From an uncultured Bacteroidia bacterium (GTDB taxonomy: Bacteria > Bacteroidota > Bacteroidia > Bacteroidales > CAJPTX01), in contig CALHSW010000073.1 of NCBI GenBank assembly GCA_938038735.1, positions 30,486 to 94,485 of the forward strand: a DNA stretch of 64,000 nucleotides, written 5' to 3'. The notes under the pieces are model-generated. The model made no database searches. It worked only from the letters and a program-made list of their open reading frames with translations, and was not told the DNA's origin. This document shows, piece by piece, positions 8,672-16,998 of this stretch (its first letter is position 1; each line of letters opens with the position of its first letter). The translations under genes and the position numbers were made by a program.

Positions 8672-10072
8672 CTAAATGGCCACCTTCCCATCAACATCTA
8701 GAGCCGCGGTCGCCCTCTTTGGGGACTCTCCAACCGAATAGGCTATCACCGCACAATACACCATGCAGAAATAGTAGATTGCAAGGTCCGAATAAACTAC
8801 CGACTCAAACGTTATAAGTACCAAGAGCGATACGTATAGCAGCACATGCACAAACTTCATGCGTTTCGCTTTTGTCAGCGGCAAGACCAGCATAAAAAGT
8901 AGGTACAATAATCCCACATAGCCCTGTTCTACCACCGTATCGATGCACATGTTATGCATCTTGACAATCGTAGACTCCTTCCTATCTTCCAAATTCTCGT
9001 AATGATTCCCGTACAGGTCTCCGTACTTGTCGTAGTAGTGTTCCTTAATGAATGTTCCACACTCCCCGCTACCTAGTCCCCACGGCAAAAAGGCATCCCG
9101 CTCCTGCCAAGTTCGAACCCATAGATTGATCCGATAGTCCTTTAGAACCATAGCTTCAAACAGCTTCGCTACCGTTTTCTTTGACACTTCTTCTGCCGTA
9201 GACATACGAACAACGCCACCTCTCGAACCGAAAAGAAATAAACCCGCAACGCCTACCATCAATGCAACCAAAGCATACATCGGTATGGGTCTATAGCTCC
9301 TCTTCACCAACATGCGGAGAAAAACCATGCCACCAAGCAGTGCCAAACATACATACATCATTCTCGCATTGCACAGAAAAACCCCTATTGAAAAGTAAAC
9401 GCATAGCAGAATGCGAACCCATACTCTATTTTTGTCCCTATATAACCTATGCAGCACTATCAGCATAGAAACTACAAAGCAATAGCTCATGTACATTGGC
9501 CATACTGCTACACCCCGCGACAATCCCTCGTAAGAAAAATATGTATACCCAGCACGTAAAAGCTTCCAAAACGTCACTCCTTCCCTACCGCAGAAATCCA
9601 CCGGATAGGGTATGAAGCGTAACACACCGTCAACCGTTTGAAAAGATCGAAACGTCGCCACCATTAACGCTGCCGTAAAAATTGCGGCACTCCCCAAGAC
9701 CCACGTTGTTCCCCAACTTTTCTTAGGCCGAAGCCCGATAAACATGAAGGGTATAAGCAAAAAACCTAGCTGTAGCTCTGCCCAATTCGTGTTGAAATGC
9801 ATATTGGGGTCTAACTCTCCCCGAACGTTTAGCACCGCAATGAGGTAAAAGACTTCTAACAGGACCAACACCCACCAATCCCTCCATTCTATCTGCCGCC
9901 ATGCCAACGCAACGTATACTATCCCCAATAAACTCCCCACCGCCATCGCCACAGGAAATGGTTTAACGTACACTACTAACAGCGCAATGGCTATGCACAT
10001 CACCACTTGGCGCACCCTTTCCAGCAAAGCCATGTTCACTGATATCTTGCCCACCCTAATTACACTATCCAT
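8672..10072 (-). CDS. polytopic membrane protein, O-antigen ligase/Wzy-like
   Basis: 466 aa with at least 10 hydrophobic segments and one larger loop near the C-terminal third, the usual Wzy_C/O-antigen-ligase layout. The family call is tentative. The start may be the internal Met (MALLERV). Confidence 0.45.
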   Translation of the reverse strand: MDSVIRVGKISVNMALLERVRQVVMCIAIALLVVYVKPFPVAMAVGSLLGIVYVALAWRQIEWRDWWVLVLLEVFYLIAVLNVRGELDPNMHFNTNWAELQLGFLLIPFMFIGLRPKKSWGTTWVLGSAAIFTAALMVATFRSFQTVDGVLRFIPYPVDFCGREGVTFWKLLRAGYTYFSYEGLSRGVAVWPMYMSYCFVVSMLIVLHRLYRDKNRVWVRILLCVYFSIGVFLCNARMMYVCLALLGGMVFLRMLVKRSYRPIPMYALVALMVGVAGLFLFGSRGGVVRMSTAEEVSKKTVAKLFEAMVLKDYRINLWVRTWQERDAFLPWGLGSGECGTFIKEHYYDKYGDLYGNHYENLEDRKESTIVKMHNMCIDTVVEQGYVGLLYLLFMLVLPLTKAKRMKFVHVLLYVSLLVLITFESVVYSDLAIYYFCMVYCAVIAYSVGESPKRATAALDVDGKVAI

Positions 10073-10094
10073 GAACTAGATTGAAAATCAATGA

Positions 10095-11831
10095 TTAGAA
10101 CTCAAAAATTACCCCCAAGTGTCCATTGAAACGCTGCGCAGGGTAGCGATAGAATAGCTCGTACCGACACGCTATAATATTTCGTAGGTCTAGAAAAACA
10201 GACCAATCAGAAACGAACCTATACCGAGCGTGCAGATTCAAATCGTAAAGCAACGGCAGCGAAATGCTTTCACCTCCTACACCCCTCGCCTTCATCCCCC
10301 CTAGAGCACAGAATTCCATCCCGGCGTACAGCTTTCGCTGCAGACTGTACGATGCCCTCGCCGTCACCATAAACTGCGGCTTATGCCATGCGCCACCTAT
10401 GTGCCGTGCAGACCAATGCCAATAGTCCCCTTGTACCCCTATCGACAAATACTGGCCTATCCTGTAATCTAGAACGCCATTCACGTGCGCAACGTCCGCA
10501 TTATCGTAGATAACCCCAAAATCAGACCGCACCCCCCGCCCCAACACTGCCCCTGAGGAGTCCTTAATATCCGCAACACGGTTAACATAGAAGTGCGCAC
10601 TATCATATATTGCATACGACCCTCTGAAGTTATACGAAAATCGCTTACTAAATTTACCCTTCACCCCTGCAACGATATCCATTCGCTTCGCGGCGTTCCG
10701 CACCCTCAATCCAGGTGTAATCCATGGGTTCTCGGCGCGTATCGTCCGATAATCCGCCATCTCCAACCCGCTCTGCACCTCTACGTAGGGAACGACATAC
10801 CCCTCTACCACATCGTACGACAGATGCGCTTTCGGAAAGAAGTAGGGCATCCCCTTCTCATTATTGTAATCGTACGTGAATTGCACTCCAACCTGCACAC
10901 GCCACCGCTCTCCGAATATGCGTGCCCAAGGCATTACGCTCACTACCAAGTTGTCCCCTATGGCGGGCTGCATAGCCTTGTTGAAATAATCAAACTGTAT
11001 CTCGCCACCAAAGCATGTGTGCTGCCAATACTGCTGCCCCTGGGCTAAAACTGTAAAGCGAGACTGATTCTCGTCACGCGAGTCGTAGTACCCCCCATAG
11101 CTCAACTCCGTCACATACTGGAACTTTGAAGAATCCATGTAAAGACTTCTCGCACGGAAAAACGCATCAAGCAAATGCGCGCTCGTCCCCTCCTGCCAAA
11201 GCGGATTATACTTTACCGAGCGTAGCGTGTCGGCACCATAAAAAACATCGTAGTCGTGATGATACCCTACAAATCCTTGCATTCCAACCTTCCCCACCAC
11301 GCCCCGAACATTCCCCGCTAGCGAACTATTAGAGTAGGCCGCCCTCACCTTCTCACCATCAAAAAGCTTCACCTTGCCCCACGAACTATTATGGGCTAGG
11401 CTAACATCATACGTAACACTCTCCGACCGCCCACTTGAATAGCGTACATCTAGCAGGGGGGAAATGTAATTGCCATATCCTACCTTCACAAACCAATTCG
11501 ACAATTGGGGCATAGCCTCTTTTCCAACGCGCGCTGCTGGCACCGGACGCATCGGAAAGTCTACCTGTACGCTCCGTTGCAAAAGATTATAGTTCATCGG
11601 ACGCAAGACTGTACCCAACGTATCTGAGAGACTCGGCATCTCGCTTATTTTGTCCGCATCACCTATTGTCGGGGTATAGATTCTACTCACCTGCACCACT
11701 TTATTGGAAAGCTGAGCAGTATCTTCAACCTGTACAGCGCACATCCCAAACGCTGCCCCGCTGGCTAACACCCAAAGGGTCAACAATATGCACCAGCACT
11801 TCAGCTGCATTCCTACCAAACCCTTCCGCAC
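10095..11831 (-). CDS. outer-membrane beta-barrel protein (putative porin family)
   Basis: 578 aa. It has a signal peptide (MQLKCWCILLTLWVLASGAAFG; likely start Met8 at 11810) and alternating-residue strands rich in aromatics and Gly. It ends in the OMP-type terminus GVIFEF. Confidence 0.55.
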   Translation of the reverse strand: MRKGLVGMQLKCWCILLTLWVLASGAAFGMCAVQVEDTAQLSNKVVQVSRIYTPTIGDADKISEMPSLSDTLGTVLRPMNYNLLQRSVQVDFPMRPVPAARVGKEAMPQLSNWFVKVGYGNYISPLLDVRYSSGRSESVTYDVSLAHNSSWGKVKLFDGEKVRAAYSNSSLAGNVRGVVGKVGMQGFVGYHHDYDVFYGADTLRSVKYNPLWQEGTSAHLLDAFFRARSLYMDSSKFQYVTELSYGGYYDSRDENQSRFTVLAQGQQYWQHTCFGGEIQFDYFNKAMQPAIGDNLVVSVMPWARIFGERWRVQVGVQFTYDYNNEKGMPYFFPKAHLSYDVVEGYVVPYVEVQSGLEMADYRTIRAENPWITPGLRVRNAAKRMDIVAGVKGKFSKRFSYNFRGSYAIYDSAHFYVNRVADIKDSSGAVLGRGVRSDFGVIYDNADVAHVNGVLDYRIGQYLSIGVQGDYWHWSARHIGGAWHKPQFMVTARASYSLQRKLYAGMEFCALGGMKARGVGGESISLPLLYDLNLHARYRFVSDWSVFLDLRNIIACRYELFYRYPAQRFNGHLGVIFEF

Positions 11832-11861
11832 TTTACTTCGTTACTTTCAAAAAATTAACGA

Positions 11862-12908
11862 CTACCAATCTTTTTCTCCCAGCGTGATGGCACGCATCCC
11901 CTCCTCCGCCTCTTTACGAATACCATCATTATCATTTGCGTAGCCACGTATCAGACTGTTAAGCGTTTGACGAGCATCCAATGTTTTTCCCTGCGCCAGA
12001 AGGCTTCTCGCCATGGCTATATAGCCTTTAGCCACCCAGTACTCATGCCCGCCCCGATCCTGTTGCGCAGCCCAAATGGTCATCTGCTGTACCTTGTCAT
12101 GCTCCCCCTTCATCAGCAGAATCTCCACCATGCGGTAGCGGCACTCAGCCCCAGCCTCTGTGTTGTTGTTCTTCCCCAACTCGCTAAACCCAGCGTAAGC
12201 CTCATCAAGCCGCCCAAGTTTTAGCTGCGCATACGTCCTCTGATACTTAGCAAATTGAGCCAGCCCAGCTGGCACCCCAGGCGTTGAAATCATCGCATCT
12301 GCTGCATCCACCACCTTCTCCTGATCATCTAGTTTCCCCGCCAAAAGGATTGACTTACGCCTCATTTCGTACAAGGCTGAGGGGGTTTCCGCCGCGGCGA
12401 CCCCACTCATGTACGCGACATACGCCTTCTCCAAATCTCCATTCTTCTCGTAAATCGGTGCCAACAACTTATTGGCCTGCACCCGCACCAAGCTGTCACA
12501 TTCCCCAGCCACCGCTTGCTCTATGTTGTAGCGCCCCTCTGCCTCTTTTCCCAAGTTTAGCTGCGCAGTGCCAAGCATAAGCAGCGCATCGGCCACATGG
12601 GGGCTGCTGGCAAAGCGTGTCGTATAATCAATCAGGTAGCCCTCTGCCAATGAATAGCTCTTAGCCAGGTAGGCTCGCTCCGCTCGCCCGTATGCCAAAG
12701 AGTCAATCAGTGCCGTGTCGGCAATCATCACGCTCCGATTCAGCGTGTCTTGCAGTCGGGCAACGGAGTCAAACTGCGCGTAGTAAGAATCATCGCCCCG
12801 ACTATTTCTATAATCGTAGTAGGTGTCCTGCCCCAGCGCAGGTACAACAAGACCGCTCGTAAGCAACGCTACAACGACAATCAAACCTCCCAAACTGCGA
12901 CTCTTCAT
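11862..12908 (-). CDS. secreted TPR-repeat protein (short paralog)
   Basis: The ORF in the track runs 11862-12950. The signal peptide starts at Met15 (MKSRSLGGLIVVVALLTSGLVVPALGQ), so the start is probably 12908. The protein carries TPR-like helical repeats, and its last ~130 aa are paralogous to the C-terminus of the upstream 1032-aa protein. Confidence 0.7.
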   Translation of the reverse strand: MKSRSLGGLIVVVALLTSGLVVPALGQDTYYDYRNSRGDDSYYAQFDSVARLQDTLNRSVMIADTALIDSLAYGRAERAYLAKSYSLAEGYLIDYTTRFASSPHVADALLMLGTAQLNLGKEAEGRYNIEQAVAGECDSLVRVQANKLLAPIYEKNGDLEKAYVAYMSGVAAAETPSALYEMRRKSILLAGKLDDQEKVVDAADAMISTPGVPAGLAQFAKYQRTYAQLKLGRLDEAYAGFSELGKNNNTEAGAECRYRMVEILLMKGEHDKVQQMTIWAAQQDRGGHEYWVAKGYIAMARSLLAQGKTLDARQTLNSLIRGYANDNDGIRKEAEEGMRAITLGEKDW

Positions 12909-12927
12909 TGCCTTCTCTCCTACAGTT

Positions 12928-15900
12928 TTAGCTTGCCTTCTTAAACTCAAATCGTATTGTGTCCCCGCTCTCCTTCGCCTGCTTTTCCTTCTCCTCCTTT
13001 ACCAACAGCTCCATCTCTCGCTTCGCTTCATCCCTCACGCCGTCATCAGCTACGGCATAATTATCCACTACGCTTTGTAGCGTTGCCTTAGCCTGAAAAA
13101 AATCATCTTGCGCGGCGTACGCCTTGGCCAACAGTATAAAAGACTTACCCAACCAGTACTGATGGGGCGTATTCTGACGGGCAAACCCTGTAACCTCATC
13201 ATGAACACCCTTCCAATTACTCTGTTCGTAGCGTATCCACGCCATTTGGTAACGCGACTCAGCACCCACTACAGACCCCGTGTTTTCCCCCAGCTTTGAG
13301 TAGGCTGCATACGCTTCATCCAACCTCCCTTTCCTCCGAAGTGCCCCTCCTAACTGGTAGCTAGCGTAAAGTGCCAACTCTGGCTGTAATTTTTCACTTG
13401 ACAATAGTCTATTGGCGCACTCAATCACTTCATCAGACCTCCCCAACGCCACCGCCATGCGTAACCGCCCTGCCCGCGCTTCCGTTAGCAGCTCTACGCT
13501 GCTCGCGGCCTCCTCCAGCATCGCGTACGTCTCCAAGGCACGCTGCCAATCTTTCTCAAATTCATACACCCCGCTGAGCAGTTGCAACGCTCGCACTCTC
13601 CACTTATGCGCCGGAACATTCACCACATATCGCAGCGGGGGGATGGCTGCCGCTGAATCTCGCTGAGCGCACAGCGACTCTGCCAAATACAACCTCGCCG
13701 GCAACCCATAGTTTCCATTCGGATACTGCGCAACATATTCGTTTAGAGCCTTCACGGCCTTTGGGTACTGCCCACGCAAATAAAATTCAACTGCCCCGGT
13801 ATACACCATTGAATCGCGTTGCGACTGAGAATACTGCTTCTCAATGCCCTGGCTCTCCAGGTACGAAAAGTAGTCATTTACATTCCCTTCGCTCTGGTAT
13901 ACCCTCTCCAGCGCAAGCAATGCCTCTTCTGCCGATGGCGTTCTGGGGTAATCCTTCACTACCTGCTTAAAGTAGCCTATCGCCCTTTCGCTTTCCCGCT
14001 GTGCGTAGGCCACCAATCCCAGCTGCACCAACGCCGATGCTGCCCTGCTCGATGTGGGGTACTCTTTAACGATACGTTCGTAGTAGCTCTGCGCCGCGCT
14101 CAAGCTATCTACAGCTTGCAGCGTCACGCCCAGCTCGTAAAACGCCTCAGGGCGATAGGAAGAGGCGACATACTCTTTGTCAAAACGCCCCAAAACCTCA
14201 ATTTTCCGTTTGGGACGCTCCACCAACCCATACGCAAAACCCTCTTGGAACAATGCGTAGTCCGCTCCTACGCCTCCAAGCCGCACCGCCTGGCCATACG
14301 CATCTATCGCAGGCCAGTAGGCCCTTTCTACATAGTGGCAATCCCCCATGCGGCAATACGCATCCGTACGCATATCTAACGACTCTTTCTCTCCGCTCCC
14401 CGCCAAGTACTGCCGAAACCACTCCCCTGCCTCTTTGTAGTTTTTCATTTTGAACTGGCAATACCCCAAATTGTAGGCGCTCCGAGCGTATTCACGCTGC
14501 GAGAATGCCCCCGCTGCTCCCCGAAAATCTCTATAAAACTTCGCCGCCAACGGGTACTGCTCCATACGATACAACGCCTCACCACGCCAGTACAATGCGC
14601 TAGCTCGCAACTCTGGCGTATACGCAACAACCGATAGAGACTCCGCGAAGAGGGAATCAGCCTCTTCGTACTTTAAATTTTGGTACAGCTCTACCCCCCT
14701 GTAGTACGCGGCGCGCTGAATCGCCTGCTGCGTAAGAATGTCGGGACGATCTATCTTTTGCAGCACATCCAACGCCTGTTGGTAGTTTTTGGTCGAGGCG
14801 TATGCCATGCCGAGGTAGTTGTACGCTTCTGCTGTACGTGCCGAATTGGGGTATTCGTTCAGATACCGCGTAAAGGCATCCGCAGCGTCAGATAGCGAAC
14901 CGCTCTGCAGTTCGTAGGTTAATTTTGCATAGGTGAACAGCGCATCCTCACGTAGGACACTGTCGTACTGCGGTCGTGAAGCCATCTCAAAAGCCGCTCT
15001 TGCGCGTACCTTGTCCCCTAGGCGGAGGTAGCAATCCCCAAGGTAATAGTTAGCATTTTGGGCGTATACATCGTCCTCAGTGGCCACCCGCTCCAGCCGC
15101 TGCGCCGCCTCGTCATAATGCCTAAGCCGGTAGTTCAGCATGCCCACGATGTAGTTCTCCTCCCGCGTAACAGTTTCAGTGGTAGCAAGATATCTATTCC
15201 ATGTAACTAAAGAGGCAGAATCCTCCCCAAGCTTATACTGAGAATCCCCCAACAGTCTAAGGAGCTCCGGCTGACGGCTCTTAGCCGCACCTTCAATGAT
15301 TGAAGGAACGTACTGCGCAACCCTCTCATACTCTCGCCGCTTGTAGTATATCTGCGCCACGTAGTAGGGAACTATCGCCAAGAAGGAGGGGTCATCGGCA
15401 ATCCGCTCAAACTCATCTAGCGCGGTCGTATAGTTTTCCTGAGTGTAGGCTAAGTGGGCATAGAAATAAGTAGCGTACGCACTGTAGTACGTCCTCGTGT
15501 CTTTCACCCTTGCAAAGCACGACGATGCCTCATCGTAGCGCTCCAAGGAGAAGTAGGCGTATCCCAGCTTGAAATCCCGCTCTGCCGCCTCCTCTTTATC
15601 CAACGCTGAGGCATCTACCCCTTCAAACCGTTCAATCGCCGCCGTCCAGTCTTCCTCACGGAAGCGTTGTAACCCCAGCTCAAACAACCCAGCCTCAGCG
15701 TACGGACTCTCAACGTACTCTTCCAAAAAACGCTCCATACAGTACTCGCCATCCTTACGCCCCAAACGTAAGGCGCACACCGCCTTGTAATACGCAGCAT
15801 CGGCCCGCCTAGAGTTCCCATCCGACGGCGTAGCCTCTATCACCTTCTCAAACGCCGTCTCTGCTGCAGCATATAGCTTCGCTTGGTACAGCGCATAGGC

Positions 15901-16026
15901 ATCATCATACAGCGTGCACTCTCGCTGCGCACTCGTCTCCACCTGCGCATACAGCGTCGCACCGCCCCCCCACACCGCAAGCAGCAGCACTAGTATACCC
16001 ATACGTTTAGCACCCATCCCTCTCAC
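12928..16026 (-). CDS. secreted multi-TPR protein (YbgF/CpoB-like repeats), 1032 aa
   Basis: It has a signal peptide (MGILVLLLAVWGGGATLYAQ). Dozens of TPR-type A/Y/L-rich helical pairs run along the whole length. The C-terminal module is shared with the next gene. Confidence 0.75.
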   Translation of the reverse strand: MRGMGAKRMGILVLLLAVWGGGATLYAQVETSAQRECTLYDDAYALYQAKLYAAAETAFEKVIEATPSDGNSRRADAAYYKAVCALRLGRKDGEYCMERFLEEYVESPYAEAGLFELGLQRFREEDWTAAIERFEGVDASALDKEEAAERDFKLGYAYFSLERYDEASSCFARVKDTRTYYSAYATYFYAHLAYTQENYTTALDEFERIADDPSFLAIVPYYVAQIYYKRREYERVAQYVPSIIEGAAKSRQPELLRLLGDSQYKLGEDSASLVTWNRYLATTETVTREENYIVGMLNYRLRHYDEAAQRLERVATEDDVYAQNANYYLGDCYLRLGDKVRARAAFEMASRPQYDSVLREDALFTYAKLTYELQSGSLSDAADAFTRYLNEYPNSARTAEAYNYLGMAYASTKNYQQALDVLQKIDRPDILTQQAIQRAAYYRGVELYQNLKYEEADSLFAESLSVVAYTPELRASALYWRGEALYRMEQYPLAAKFYRDFRGAAGAFSQREYARSAYNLGYCQFKMKNYKEAGEWFRQYLAGSGEKESLDMRTDAYCRMGDCHYVERAYWPAIDAYGQAVRLGGVGADYALFQEGFAYGLVERPKRKIEVLGRFDKEYVASSYRPEAFYELGVTLQAVDSLSAAQSYYERIVKEYPTSSRAASALVQLGLVAYAQRESERAIGYFKQVVKDYPRTPSAEEALLALERVYQSEGNVNDYFSYLESQGIEKQYSQSQRDSMVYTGAVEFYLRGQYPKAVKALNEYVAQYPNGNYGLPARLYLAESLCAQRDSAAAIPPLRYVVNVPAHKWRVRALQLLSGVYEFEKDWQRALETYAMLEEAASSVELLTEARAGRLRMAVALGRSDEVIECANRLLSSEKLQPELALYASYQLGGALRRKGRLDEAYAAYSKLGENTGSVVGAESRYQMAWIRYEQSNWKGVHDEVTGFARQNTPHQYWLGKSFILLAKAYAAQDDFFQAKATLQSVVDNYAVADDGVRDEAKREMELLVKEEKEKQAKESGDTIRFEFKKAS

Positions 16027-16064
16027 ACGTCTCTCCTACTTTTATGCTCGCCCCAAAACGCTAG

Positions 16065-16072
16065 CAAAGATA
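16065..16072 (-). promoter_or_regulatory. -7 promoter motif (TATCTTTG) for the TPR/porin/rodA gene string
   Basis: The reverse complement of caaagata matches TAnnTTTG. It lies 39 nt upstream of the ATG at 16026, in the 79-nt gap after lgt. Confidence 0.55.
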
Positions 16073-16105
16073 CACGAAACCAAGCACAAAATAATTAACC
16101 GTTTC

Positions 16106-16960
16106 TTACTTCGACGCACCACCCACTATTCTCTTCCCATTGCGATCCCACCGAGGCAACTCCTCCGGAGGCCTTCGACTCGCCCAAACCAGCAACACTA
16201 CCCCAACCGCCAAGAACGGCAAACTCTGTATCTGACCCAGATTCAATGCCCACCCCTCCTCAAAGGGACTCTGCACGTTCTTTATCTCCTCTATCAGTAT
16301 TCGTGCTGTAAACATCGCCACCATGGCTATGCTAAACTGTAAACCCCTCTTACGCTTAAAATCCCCCCACTTGAAGTAAACCAAAAGCAATGCCAAGAAC
16401 ACCGTGAAATACGACAGCGCCTCGTATATCTGCGTGGGATGTTTCGGCACAACCTCACCATTGCGGACAAATATCATTCCCCACGGGAGCGATGTCTCAA
16501 TTCCATAAATCTCGCTGTTCATCAGATTCCCGATGCGGATAAACGTGGCAATCAGGGCTATCGGTATCGTCACGTGGTCCATTACCCACAGCATCGACAG
16601 CTTCTCCCTCCGCGCCACGCAGTACATCCCAATCAATACACCCACAATTCCGCCATGGCTCGCCAAACCTCCCTCCCACACCTTAAACACCTCCAAGGGG
16701 TGCGAAAAGTAGTATGCCGGTTCATACACGAAGCAATGGCCCAAACGCGCCCCGATAAACACTCCCACTACAGACCACAACGCCATCCTGTCTATCACCT
16801 CCTCCGGCACTCCCTCTCGCTTCCCCATGTACCCTAACAGCCAATACCCCAGTAGAATCCCCACCGCCCAGCAAAGGCCGTAGTAGCGCACTGAGAGCGG
16901 CCCTACAGTGAAGAACGTAGGATCCACACTCCATACTATCGCACCCAACGAATACCCCAT
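16106..16960 (-). CDS. lgt: prolipoprotein diacylglyceryl transferase
   Basis: 284-aa membrane protein with Lgt signature stretches: GPLSVRYYGLCWAVGILLGY, GARLGHCF, ASHGGIVG and HPTQIYEA. Confidence 0.9.
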   Translation of the reverse strand: MGYSLGAIVWSVDPTFFTVGPLSVRYYGLCWAVGILLGYWLLGYMGKREGVPEEVIDRMALWSVVGVFIGARLGHCFVYEPAYYFSHPLEVFKVWEGGLASHGGIVGVLIGMYCVARREKLSMLWVMDHVTIPIALIATFIRIGNLMNSEIYGIETSLPWGMIFVRNGEVVPKHPTQIYEALSYFTVFLALLLVYFKWGDFKRKRGLQFSIAMVAMFTARILIEEIKNVQSPFEEGWALNLGQIQSLPFLAVGVVLLVWASRRPPEELPRWDRNGKRIVGGASK

Positions 16961-16998
16961 CGGTCGTAGTCCTATTGCGTCTAATCTACTAAACCCTG

